From: a candidate division FCPU426 bacterium
GTDB lineage: Bacteria; Oederibacteriota; JAAXVQ01; JAUVAV01
NCBI GenBank assembly: GCA_040756875.1
Contig: JBFLYH010000001.1
Location: 192,001-256,000 of the forward strand
Direction of reading: 5' to 3'
DNA: 64,000 nucleotides
This document shows positions 9,969-18,942 of this stretch, piece after piece (position 1 is the stretch's first letter; every line of letters begins with the position of its first letter). The notes beneath the pieces are model-generated. The model made no database searches and was not told the origin of the DNA. It saw nothing but the letters and a program-made list of their open reading frames with translations. The translations under genes were made by a program, and so were the position numbers.

Positions 9969-11243
9969 ATGAGTTCACTGCTCGAATTCAACCAGCAACC
10001 CAGCCCGTTCATCGACGACGTGCTCGTGCTGTCGGTCAGGGGCTCGATCGATTCGGAAACCGCGCCGCGGTTCGAAAAAGAGTTGTCCGCACTGCTGACC
10101 GGCGGCCATTCGCGGGTGCTGGTGGACATGGCTGAAACTGAATACGTCAGCTCGGCCGGGGTGGGCGTTTTCATCGGCATGATCCAGGAATTCCGTTCGC
10201 GTCCCGACGGCGACATCAAAGCCTGCCGGGTTTCCAAAAAAATCCTGAAAATATTCGAGTCCATCGGCCTGGACGACATGCTCGATATTTATCCGGATGC
10301 GCAGTCCTTGACCATCTGGACCGCGGCGCCCCAGATCGAAGAGACACTCAGCCGTTTCGCGCTGGCGGTTCCCGCGGCCGAGGTCTATTGCGGCGAGGAA
10401 TTCGTTCTGCGGGTCGAGGCCAGGGATTCCAAGGGCGCGCTGGCCATGGACTACCAGGCCGCGCCCGCGTTGCAGGTCTCGGCCGGCATGATTTTTCCCG
10501 TAGAACTCCTGGGGTTTTACCAGGGTTCGTGGCAAGGCAAGGTTAGGGTTACGGCTTCCGGAGAACTCACACTGACCGTGAAAGACGGCCACCACGTCGG
10601 CAACCTGACCCTGGCCGTGAAGGAACGCGAGCGGAAAGCGGTCTTTCCCATTGTCCACCAGTGCCCCACCTGCCGCGCCCAGATTCAGGTCCAAGGACCG
10701 GACTTGTATCGCTGCGAGATGTGCGACGAGACCTTTCGCGTGGATGATTGGGGGCATGTTTTCACCCTGAAGCCGGGCAGCCTGGCGCGCCGCCGCAAAT
10801 CGCGTTACAAGGGCATCGACATCCGGATGAACGCGGATGTGAATTACCTGGGCGTCATCCGCCAAACCGTCAGCAGCATCTGTCAGAAAGAAGGCATGGA
10901 CGATGTGACCACCAACGCCGTGACCCTGGCGGTCGAGGAAATCCTGCTCAACATCATCGAGCACGGCAACGACTATGATCCCTGGCAGATCCTGCGCCTG
11001 CGCCTGGAATTCCAAAAGAAGCAGGCCAAAATCCAGATCAGGGATTACGGAGATCCCTTCGATGTGACCAAACGCAAGGATTTGTCGCTGAAGTCGAAGA
11101 TCGCCCAGGGGGCCAAGCGCGGGGTGGGCGGCCTGCTGGTCAATCAGTTGATGGATCAGGTCAAATATGAAAGCCTGCCCACCTACAACCAGCTGACCCT
11201 GATCAAGCGATACGGCGAAGCTGAACCTGGAACCGCGACCTGA
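9969..11243 (+). CDS. STAS (anti-anti-sigma) + Zn-ribbon + RsbW-type HATPase fusion protein
   Basis: N-terminal GSIDSETA...YVSSAGVG; central CPTC...CEMC; C-terminal EEILLNIIEHG, DYGDPFD and GVGGLLVNQLMD. Confidence 0.85.
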   Translation: MSSLLEFNQQPSPFIDDVLVLSVRGSIDSETAPRFEKELSALLTGGHSRVLVDMAETEYVSSAGVGVFIGMIQEFRSRPDGDIKACRVSKKILKIFESIGLDDMLDIYPDAQSLTIWTAAPQIEETLSRFALAVPAAEVYCGEEFVLRVEARDSKGALAMDYQAAPALQVSAGMIFPVELLGFYQGSWQGKVRVTASGELTLTVKDGHHVGNLTLAVKERERKAVFPIVHQCPTCRAQIQVQGPDLYRCEMCDETFRVDDWGHVFTLKPGSLARRRKSRYKGIDIRMNADVNYLGVIRQTVSSICQKEGMDDVTTNAVTLAVEEILLNIIEHGNDYDPWQILRLRLEFQKKQAKIQIRDYGDPFDVTKRKDLSLKSKIAQGAKRGVGGLLVNQLMDQVKYESLPTYNQLTLIKRYGEAEPGTAT

Positions 11244-11276
11244 AGCCCCGCCGAACAGACATGGATGAAGGGAAAT

Positions 11277-11309
11277 AAAAAAGCCGGGAGCTGTTGCTCC
11301 CGGCTTTTT
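11277..11309. terminator. Bidirectional intrinsic terminator
   Basis: AAAAAAGCCGGGAGC-TGTT-GCTCCCGGCTTTTT between convergent genes. Confidence 0.85.
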
Positions 11310-11324
11310 GCATTTATCAGGTTT

Positions 11325-11546
11325 TTACTGGGATTCCTCGGTTTCGCTTTCTTCGGAAGACTCATCCTCGCCCATCTCTTCGTCTTCGGCTTGATTCTTG
11401 TCCTCGCCCATGGTTTGGCCGCCGGATTGGACGGTTGTCTCTTTCTTGCCTCCGTTAGAGCCCATGGCCTGCGCACTGCCGTGAATCCAGGGGATTAAGG
11501 CCGCGACGAACAATCCGATCAACAACCCCATCCATACTTTACGCAT
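11325..11546 (-). CDS. Small secreted protein with acidic tail
   Basis: Signal peptide (MRKVWMGLLIGLFVAALIPW...AQA), AAAGGAG SD upstream, terminator downstream. Confidence 0.6.
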   Translation of the reverse strand: MRKVWMGLLIGLFVAALIPWIHGSAQAMGSNGGKKETTVQSGGQTMGEDKNQAEDEEMGEDESSEESETEESQ

Positions 11547-11615
11547 CCTACGCTTGCTCCTTTCTATGAGATGTGGAACAGGATTGCTAGTATAGCATAA
11601 AAACCGGCTAAAAAA

Positions 11616-12854
11616 TCATCGTTGGTGACGGGAATCGCCTCCGGTGATCAAACGGGAAATTTTTGCCATGAACGTGCCGGTTTCGGTTTTCAACCTTTTA
11701 AGCAATATGCGCGCCCAGGCCACTTCAGTAGCCAGAATGCCCAATCCAGCGGCGATCACTAAAAGCCCTGGGCCGGGGGTGATCAGCATGACCAAACCGG
11801 CCAGCAGGACGGTGGTTCCGATCAACACCACCGCCAGACGGCGCAGTCCCTGGTACGTTACTTGCGCCAGCTGGCCGAGGTCCTGGGCCAGCGGGGAGGC
11901 GGGATCCGTGCCAGGCCGGGGAGCGATGAAGATGGCCGCCAGCAATCCTCCGGCGACCAGACAGCCGATCACCGCCAGGACCGTAAGCGGCCGCAGGGGG
12001 CGGAGCGGGTCCAACACCAAGACCAGGCCTAAAAAAAGCAGCAAAAAGACCTGGCTGAGGCGGATGAACCGGAGCCGGCTCATGAGCGAAGCCAGGGCGA
12101 AGTACAGGGAGCGAAGCCCCAGGAGGGAAAACAAAGTGGCGGTCATGGCGATCCAAGGGTCGTGGGTGACGGCAAAAATTGCGGGAACCGTATCTGCGGC
12201 AAACAGCAGGTTGGACGTCATCACCAGCAACAGGGCTGCGAACAACGGGGTTGCAGCCGGCCGGCCTGCGGAGGGCACCCAGAAGCGTCCGCCGGCCTGA
12301 TCCGCAACGGACGGGAATAAGCGGCGGCTCAGCCAAACCGCGGGATTGCGTTCCGGCAGCAGGTGCCCCTGCCGTGACACCGCCAGCTTGACTGCGGTGG
12401 CGATAAGCAGCAGACCGAACAGGTAGTCGATCCAAAGCAAGCGGTGCACGAGAAACGAACCCCCGGCCAAGGCCAGCGATCTGAGCGTGATCATGCCCGC
12501 CAAACCCCAAAACAGGACGCGGTGCTGGCATTCCAGGCAGATGCGCAAGGAGGCGAATATGCAGGCGATGAGATAGATATTGTCCAGGCTGAGCGACTTT
12601 TCGAGCAGAAAACCCGCGAAAAACTGCCGGGCAGCCTGGCGCGGCGTCAGTGAGGAAACGGCGGCTATGGCCGGATCGGAGTAATAAAAATAAATAAAGA
12701 AATTAAACAGCAGGGCCAAAGCGAACCACACGGCGGATAAAAACCAGGCCCGGCTGATGGACAAGCTTGCAGCCGGCGGTTGCAGGATCCGCGTTTCCAG
12801 CAGCAAAAGCAGGATGGCGACCAAGGGAAGTAAAAACCAAGCCCAGAGGGACAT
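11616..12854 (-). CDS. TerC/Alx family membrane protein with C-terminal PGPGW-type domain
   Basis: FLLEKSLSLDN, QHRVLFWG, FAADTVPAIFAVT and GLRSLYF; C-terminal ITPGPGLL...ATEVAWA. Confidence 0.85.
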   Translation of the reverse strand: MSLWAWFLLPLVAILLLLLETRILQPPAASLSISRAWFLSAVWFALALLFNFFIYFYYSDPAIAAVSSLTPRQAARQFFAGFLLEKSLSLDNIYLIACIFASLRICLECQHRVLFWGLAGMITLRSLALAGGSFLVHRLLWIDYLFGLLLIATAVKLAVSRQGHLLPERNPAVWLSRRLFPSVADQAGGRFWVPSAGRPAATPLFAALLLVMTSNLLFAADTVPAIFAVTHDPWIAMTATLFSLLGLRSLYFALASLMSRLRFIRLSQVFLLLFLGLVLVLDPLRPLRPLTVLAVIGCLVAGGLLAAIFIAPRPGTDPASPLAQDLGQLAQVTYQGLRRLAVVLIGTTVLLAGLVMLITPGPGLLVIAAGLGILATEVAWARILLKRLKTETGTFMAKISRLITGGDSRHQR

Positions 12855-12900
12855 CACAGGGCCTCCCCAAGTCCCGGAGAAGCAAAAAGGCGGCGGCGGT

Positions 12901-13506
12901 TCACTTGCCCTGGCGGCTGAAACGGCCGAGCGCATCATCCAGCCGGTTGGTTTCGGGGTGGAGGAAAGGAAACGCCGACGGACTGACGGTCCGGATGTCT
13001 TCCACGGTGTATACAGCTTGGGGATCGTGGCATTTGACGATCTCCAGAATTTCCCGGATGCGTTTGCGCTTGACGATGGAAAACAGCACTTTGACCGGGC
13101 GAAAGAGCCCTTGCCCGTCGATGGTGGTCACGCCGAACCCGCTTTCACGCAAATTGGCCAGCAAATCCGGCGTGGGCTGGGGCGTGATGATGCGGATGAT
13201 GGACAAGCCCATGGCCAGACGGTTTTCCAGCCACATGCCCGCGAAGGTGCCGGTGGCGAATCCGCCGGCGAAAGCGAAATACGTGGCCAGATTGTTGAGG
13301 TTGCGCATGAGCTGAGTGATGGCCAAAAGCCAGATCAGGACTTCGACGAATCCGATGAGCGGCGCCCAATACCGCTGGCCGCGGGTGATGAAGATGATGC
13401 GGATGGTGCCCAGGGTGACGTCCACGACGCGGGCGCAAAAGATCAAAAGCGGCAAAAGCACCCACTGGAAAACGCTGCTTTGCGCCCATTCGCTCAAAAT
13501 CGGCAT
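12901..13506 (-). CDS. UPF0316 / DUF2179-DUF5698 membrane protein
   Basis: IFCARVVDVTLGTIRII, GFVEVLIW, GGFATG and GFGVT motifs. Confidence 0.85.
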   Translation of the reverse strand: MPILSEWAQSSVFQWVLLPLLIFCARVVDVTLGTIRIIFITRGQRYWAPLIGFVEVLIWLLAITQLMRNLNNLATYFAFAGGFATGTFAGMWLENRLAMGLSIIRIITPQPTPDLLANLRESGFGVTTIDGQGLFRPVKVLFSIVKRKRIREILEIVKCHDPQAVYTVEDIRTVSPSAFPFLHPETNRLDDALGRFSRQGK

Positions 13507-13686
13507 GGGGTTCGGACTCCTTGGCAGGGTGGCCTATTCCCGGTTGCGGGACTCCATTATCACCGTAGAGTATCGGAAGTCAATGAATTATGGTTGACCG
13601 GTGCTTGCAGGATGGCCGTCAGGCGGGTATGATAGGGGCGTTCGAGGCGCTAGGAGGGAAAATTCCAAGCGGGGAGGGCAGCTGCC

Positions 13687-14064
13687 ATGTTGAAAGCGAA
13701 GCATGTCATGACCACCGAGGTGGTCACCATCGGCCCCGAAGCCACATTGGCCGAGGCCATCGGAGTGTTGTTGGAAAAAAAGATCAGCGGTATGCCGGTC
13801 GTTGACATTCAGAAGCGTTTGGTGGGGATTATTTCCGAAAAGGATATGCTCAATTTTGCGTTCAGCGGCAATCTGGCACTGACCAAAGTCGGGGAAGCCA
13901 TGACCCGCGAGATCGTCAGTTTTCCTCCTGAGACCGACGTGGCGGAAATTGCGCTGGCCATCGGCCAGCGCAATTTCCGGCGCGTGCCGATCGTGGAAGC
14001 GGGGCGCGTGGTGGGTATCGTTTCCCGGCGCGACATTATCCGGGTGGCCCTGCTGGGCAAGTAA
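13687..14064 (+). CDS. CBS domain pair protein
   Basis: ISGMPVVD...LVGIISEKD and RRVPIVE...VVGIVSRRD. Confidence 0.9.
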   Translation: MLKAKHVMTTEVVTIGPEATLAEAIGVLLEKKISGMPVVDIQKRLVGIISEKDMLNFAFSGNLALTKVGEAMTREIVSFPPETDVAEIALAIGQRNFRRVPIVEAGRVVGIVSRRDIIRVALLGK

Positions 14065-14251
14065 ACCATCCTGCGGCAGCCGGCAGAAGCGATGGATCAG
14101 GGCCGGAAATGAAGCGGTCATGCGGACCGTTCCGCATGACCGAAACTGCCGCGTTCACTCCCTCCCGAAGCATCCCCGGGGAGGCCACACCCTTCCTTTG
14201 CGGAAAACCACGGGTCCTGCCGCGCGCCTGCACTTGCGCCGGCCGCCTGCG

Positions 14252-14297
14252 TATTACGAGTTGACGTAATAAAATAAAAATGGTACAACAATACCAT
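14252..14297 (+). promoter_or_regulatory. Promoter region of the Rrf2 operon with two inverted repeats
   Basis: TATTACG-N6-CGTAATA (14252-14271) over TTGACG, and ATGGTA-N6-TACCAT (14280-14297), in an AT-rich patch. Confidence 0.55.
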
Positions 14298-14319
14298 AAT
14301 AAGACTGGAGGAGGATGAA

Positions 14320-14811
14320 ATGGCGGGTTTGCTGAGGGTGTCGGAAGCGGCCACCTTGGGATTACATGCGCTCGCTTTCTTGGCGCAGAATCCCGCGCGC
14401 AGGAATTCCAGCCGGGAAATGGCCCGGGTTTTACAGGCTTCGGAAGCGCACCTGGCCAAGGTAATGCAGCGGCTGGAGCGTGCGGGGTTGGTGCGCGGGC
14501 GCCGCGGGCCGGCTGGCGGCTTTATGCTGCTGGTTCCGGCGGAAAAACTTTCCTTGCTCCGCGTGTATGAAGCGATTGAAGGACCGCTGCAGAGCGAACA
14601 GTGCCTGCTGGGGCAACCGATCAGCCGGCATGCCTGCCCATTGGGAAGGTTGATTAAGGGCTTGGAGAGAGACTTGGCGAAAAAACTGGAGGCGGCCACC
14701 GTAGCGGACTTCGCCACTCAGGCCAATCTGCGTAAATGTTCGGGATTCAAAGAAACGGGAGGGAAAATCCATGCAGCTCAGCGGCGCAACGCGGGTTCAA
14801 GAACTGCTTGA
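14320..14811 (+). CDS. Rrf2 family transcriptional regulator
   Basis: HLAKVMQRLERAGLV..RGPAGGF..L and VYEAIEG; CLLG...C Cys region. Confidence 0.9.
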   Translation: MAGLLRVSEAATLGLHALAFLAQNPARRNSSREMARVLQASEAHLAKVMQRLERAGLVRGRRGPAGGFMLLVPAEKLSLLRVYEAIEGPLQSEQCLLGQPISRHACPLGRLIKGLERDLAKKLEAATVADFATQANLRKCSGFKETGGKIHAAQRRNAGSRTA

Positions 14812-16231
14812 AGCCCATCCGTATTTGATCGACTTTTTAGCCGGCTACCACCCTAAATTCCACCTTCTGAAAAATCCTGTCATGCGGATCACCATCGGCC
14901 GGGTGGCAACGTTGAAGATGGTGGCTGCCATGGGCGAAATCGAACTGGGAAAACTGCTGCGGGATGTCCAACAGGCCATCAAAGCAAAGACCCGCACCCT
15001 GGTCGAGATCGCGGAAACGCTGCCTGAGGAGGACCGCCAAGCCAAAGTGGAAGCTTTAAAGGCCATTATTCAAGGGTTGCATGCCAGCGGCGACATGAAC
15101 AATGCACGGCAGCAATTCAATTTGCTGCTGCAGGATGTGCAGGCGGATGAGATTCGCCACCTGGAAGAGGATTTGGTCAAGCAAGGCATGCCCGTGCAGG
15201 AGATCCAGCGGCTGTGTGATCTGCACGTCGGTGTTTTTAAGGACGCCTTGGAGAAAAAACAGGAGGCTTCAGTGCCGCCTGGACATCCTGTGCACACCTA
15301 TCAACAGGAAAACCGCCTGCTGGAAGCTCGCGTTGAAGCTCTGGATTGCCTCCTGAAAGCTTTGGGACAGCCGCCTGACAAGGGGAAAATGCGGGAATTG
15401 AAACCGGAGTTTCAGGCCGCCGTTGCGGGGCTGGCGCCATTGGAATTGCACTATGTGCGCAAAGAAAACCAACTATTTCCCTTTATGGAAAAGCACGGCA
15501 TCACCGCGCCACCCCAGGTGATGTGGGGGGTGCATAACGAGATCCGCGCCCTGGGCAAGCAGGTGAGGCAGGCGCTGGCTGCGGACGATGCCCATACGCT
15601 GGCCGAACAAGGCGCAGCCTGGTTGCGGGCGGTTGTTGAAATGATCTATAAGGAGGAAAAAATCCTATTTCCCATGGTTTTGAACGCCTTCAGCCAAGAA
15701 GAGTGGAATGAAATCCGGCACGGCGAGGATGAACTCGGTTATGCCGTCGCTCCGGGCCAGGAATGGCAACCAAACGGAGGCGGACAAATTCATCAAAAGG
15801 AGAACCGACCTATGCAATCCCAAGTAACCCTGAAAACGGGCGGTCTGACAATGGAGCAACTGGACCTGATGCTGAAGCATCTGCCGGTGGATGTCAGTTT
15901 CGTGGACGAACAGGACGAGGTGCGTTACTACAATGACGTCAAAGACCGGATCTTTCCCCGCTCGCCGGGAGTCATTGGCCGCAAGGTTCAGCAATGCCAT
16001 CCGCCTAAAAGCGTGCACATGGTCCAGCAGATATTGGATGAATTCAAGGCCGGCCGCAAAAACACGGCGGAGTTTTGGCTTGATCTGCATGGCCGCAAAC
16101 TGCACATCCGGTATTTCGCGGTGCGCGACCAGGCGGGACAATACCGCGGCACTTTGGAAGTCAGCCAGGATATCACTGCCATTCAGCGTTTGGCTGGGGA
16201 GCGGCGCCTGTTGGATTGGGAAAAGCCCTGA
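14771..16231 (+). CDS. DUF438-type protein: DUF1858 + hemerythrin + PAS_10 domains
   Basis: RLCDLH, GHPVHT, HYVRKENQLFP, MWGVH, KEEKILFP, and RIFPR...GRKVQQCHPPKS. Confidence 0.85.
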   Translation: MQLSGATRVQELLEAHPYLIDFLAGYHPKFHLLKNPVMRITIGRVATLKMVAAMGEIELGKLLRDVQQAIKAKTRTLVEIAETLPEEDRQAKVEALKAIIQGLHASGDMNNARQQFNLLLQDVQADEIRHLEEDLVKQGMPVQEIQRLCDLHVGVFKDALEKKQEASVPPGHPVHTYQQENRLLEARVEALDCLLKALGQPPDKGKMRELKPEFQAAVAGLAPLELHYVRKENQLFPFMEKHGITAPPQVMWGVHNEIRALGKQVRQALAADDAHTLAEQGAAWLRAVVEMIYKEEKILFPMVLNAFSQEEWNEIRHGEDELGYAVAPGQEWQPNGGGQIHQKENRPMQSQVTLKTGGLTMEQLDLMLKHLPVDVSFVDEQDEVRYYNDVKDRIFPRSPGVIGRKVQQCHPPKSVHMVQQILDEFKAGRKNTAEFWLDLHGRKLHIRYFAVRDQAGQYRGTLEVSQDITAIQRLAGERRLLDWEKP

Positions 16232-16279
16232 GTTGCGGGAAAACGGCGCGAACGGAACGACTTGACGAGAGGTGAGGAA

Positions 16280-16612
16280 ATGGACCAGTCCGTGGATTCG
16301 ATTCGCGGCCAGGCCGGTCGTCTGGCTGCGTTGGTGGATTATCAGACCGGAGCGGTCGTGAGCCGCACGCTGATTGACAAGAGCGCGGGCACGGTGACTT
16401 TGTTTGCCTTTGACCGCGGCCAAGGCTTAAGCGAACATACGGCGCCTTTCGATGCCCTGGTTTTCATATATGAGGGAGCGGCGGAGGTGACCATCAGCGG
16501 GGAAGGGCGCCGGGTGATAGGCGGTGAAGTGATTCTCATGCCCGCCCGTCAGCCGCACAGCCTGCGCGCTTTGGAACCGTTTAAAATGATGCTGGTGATG
16601 ATCAGGCAATAA
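16280..16612 (+). CDS. Cupin domain protein
   Basis: TLFAFDRGQGLSEHTAPFDA and MPARQPHSL. Confidence 0.9.
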   Translation: MDQSVDSIRGQAGRLAALVDYQTGAVVSRTLIDKSAGTVTLFAFDRGQGLSEHTAPFDALVFIYEGAAEVTISGEGRRVIGGEVILMPARQPHSLRALEPFKMMLVMIRQ

Positions 16613-16614
16613 AC

Positions 16615-17271
16615 TCAGGCTTTGGGCGCGGTGCGTTTGGCGAACTGGTGGCGCAAAAATTCCCAGACGGCGGGAAGTATTGAAACGAAAATGATGCCTA
16701 AAATAACCAGTGTGAAGTTTTTCCGGACCATGGGTAAATTGCCGAAAAAATAACCCCCGTAAACGAACATGCCGACCCATGCCACCCCGCCGATCACGTT
16801 ATAACTGATGAATTTCAGATAATTCATCGTCCCGATGCCGGCCACGAACGGCGCGAACGTGCGGATGATGGGGATGAAACGGGCCAGGATGATGGTCTTG
16901 CCGCCGTGCCGTTCGTAAAACCGGTGGGTTTTTTCCAGATGCTTTTTATTCAGCAGGAAGAGCCGTTCCGAAGAGAACACTTTGGGCCCCAGGAAGTGCC
17001 CGATCCAGTAGTTGACCGTGTCGCCCAGGATGGCAGCGATGGTCAGGAGGATGAACAAAAGATGGGCGTTCAAGCTGCCCAGCGCCGCAAAAGTACCGGT
17101 GGCGAAAATCAGGGAATCGCCGGGCAGGATCGGCGTCACGACCAGCCCGGTCTCGCAAAAAATGATCATAAAGAACAGGACATACACCCACGGGCCGAAA
17201 TACGCGATGATTTGGCCCAAGTGATGATCCATGTGCATTACATAATCCCATGCCAAGTGAATCAATTCCAT
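16615..17271 (-). CDS. dedA: DedA family membrane protein
   Basis: FCETGLVVTPILPGDSL, GDTVNY and ARFIPIIRTFAPFVAG. Confidence 0.9.
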   Translation of the reverse strand: MELIHLAWDYVMHMDHHLGQIIAYFGPWVYVLFFMIIFCETGLVVTPILPGDSLIFATGTFAALGSLNAHLLFILLTIAAILGDTVNYWIGHFLGPKVFSSERLFLLNKKHLEKTHRFYERHGGKTIILARFIPIIRTFAPFVAGIGTMNYLKFISYNVIGGVAWVGMFVYGGYFFGNLPMVRKNFTLVILGIIFVSILPAVWEFLRHQFAKRTAPKA

Positions 17272-17314
17272 GTCAGTCCCCGTTTCTTTTGAAAGTCGGA
17301 AGCGGAAAGCAAAC

Positions 17315-18592
17315 TCACTGTTTGACGCCTTCGGCCGTGAACCGGCGGACGTGATCCACGAGGCCGGCGAGGTCCAAGCGCATGACGCCCACGCGTTCAT
17401 CGGCCGCGCCGTAGCTGATCAGCAATTCGCCGCCCAGGCGGATCAGGCCGGTGATGAAGATGCAAGGCGTTTTGAATTTGTGCGGCTGCTCCCAGGATTC
17501 CCGGGCGACCAGCAGGCGCTCGGAGCAGCGGTGGGTGATGCGGGGCGTGCTGTCCGGCACGTCCTCCAGGATCATGAAAGACTGGGTATAACCCACTTCC
17601 GCATCCTGTTTGCCATGGTAGCACAACAGCCATTCCCGGTCCGAGATCCTCAGCGGCGGCGTGCTGGCGCCGATGCGGTCACCTTCCCAAGGAAAGACCG
17701 GAGAAGCAAATACGGTCTGGTTTTCCTCCCGCCAGAAATGTTCAAACCGCTCCGCGCTGCAGAGCAGGATGGACGGTTTGAGCGGCCGGCCGACGGCCGG
17801 GTAGGCTTGGGGCGTGAAAGGCCGGTGCAGGCACACATAGCGGGTCTGCCCGCGGATTTGCATTTTTTCAGGGAACAGGACGACGTCCCGGTTTTCGCCG
17901 TATTCGGGATTGGTCAGATGGATGACATAACGGAACGCCCGCTCATACTCGCGCCGGGTCAATGCGTCGAGGTCCACTTCGTAGAGGACATTGTTGGTCA
18001 CGTTTTCCCGGGCGGCACGGCCGAACGGCTGGTCCGGAGCCAGGATCCATTCGGGACTGCATTGGACCGGATCGTCATGCTCCCAGTAGGGGCCAGGCGG
18101 CATCAGGCGGGTGGCTGCGATCAGGTAGCAGCGCCCTTCCAGCCAGAAAAGCCGGGGGTCTTCGATGCATCCGTTGGCATAATTGACCACCTGTTTGCCC
18201 TCGCGGTTGGTCAGGTATAGTTCTTCCTGGCGGTAAGACAAAGCAGGGGCAAGCGCGGGGCGTTCCCAGTCGATTTGCCAGGTGCGCCCCTGGTCGTCGC
18301 TGCCGGCAAAACCCAGAAAAATAGGGAAGGGCAGGGGCTTGCCCGGCAGGCGTTTTTGCGGATAAGGGCCGGTGGCCCGGAACAGCATGATCACGTTGCC
18401 GGTCTTGGGATCCTGCGCCAGGCCCGGATTCAACACCATTTCGCCGGCCCAGGCGGAACCGAGTTGGGGTTCCATGACCAGGGTTCGCGAGAGAATGAAA
18501 GGAAAATCGTTCAACCGCCGCCTCCCAGGAAAGAGAGTGAGCTTGCCGCAGGCAAGTCGCAACAGCTTAGGCCATTTGACCGCAACCGTCAA
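17315..18592 (-). CDS. GH130-like beta-propeller glycosidase/phosphorylase
   Basis: VLNPG, GCIEDPRL, NRDVVLFPEK, LHRP, WLLCYHG and YGAAD motifs. Start uncertain. Confidence 0.8.
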   Translation of the reverse strand: MTVAVKWPKLLRLACGKLTLFPGRRRLNDFPFILSRTLVMEPQLGSAWAGEMVLNPGLAQDPKTGNVIMLFRATGPYPQKRLPGKPLPFPIFLGFAGSDDQGRTWQIDWERPALAPALSYRQEELYLTNREGKQVVNYANGCIEDPRLFWLEGRCYLIAATRLMPPGPYWEHDDPVQCSPEWILAPDQPFGRAARENVTNNVLYEVDLDALTRREYERAFRYVIHLTNPEYGENRDVVLFPEKMQIRGQTRYVCLHRPFTPQAYPAVGRPLKPSILLCSAERFEHFWREENQTVFASPVFPWEGDRIGASTPPLRISDREWLLCYHGKQDAEVGYTQSFMILEDVPDSTPRITHRCSERLLVARESWEQPHKFKTPCIFITGLIRLGGELLISYGAADERVGVMRLDLAGLVDHVRRFTAEGVKQ

Positions 18593-18617
18593 GCGCGGAT
18601 TTGGAAGGGCGCGGGGA

Positions 18618-18652
18618 TTGACAGAACCGCAGCGGTATTATAAAGTAATACC
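18618..18652 (+). promoter_or_regulatory. Sigma70-type promoter with overlapping palindromic operator
   Basis: TTGACA (18618) - 17 bp - TAAAGT (18641); GGTATTA-N5-TAATACC at 18634-18652. Confidence 0.7.
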
Positions 18653-18680
18653 CATTCCGGGGCACTATGGGAGGCCGAAC

Positions 18681-18932
18681 ATGCGGGCGCCGAAGCAAGA
18701 GATTGTAACCTTCAAGCTGGACCGCCAGCTGCATCAGGACCTCTGCCGGATCCCCAACAAGTCCGAATTCATCCGTTCGGCCATCCAAACGGCGCTGTCC
18801 GGCACCTGCCCGTTGTGCCAGGGTTCGGGCAAACTGACCACCCACCAGCGCCGGCAATGGCGCGCTTTCACCCGGCAGCACGCAGTTCGCACCTGCAAGT
18901 CATGTCAGGCTCTGCACGTCAGACCGGATTGA
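18681..18932 (+). CDS. CopG/ribbon-helix-helix regulator with two CxxC motifs
   Basis: EIVTFKLD...NKSEFIRSAI (RHH pattern), then CPLC...CKSC; GGGAGG SD. Confidence 0.75.
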   Translation: MRAPKQEIVTFKLDRQLHQDLCRIPNKSEFIRSAIQTALSGTCPLCQGSGKLTTHQRRQWRAFTRQHAVRTCKSCQALHVRPD

Positions 18933-18942
18933 GCGCGCGTCC

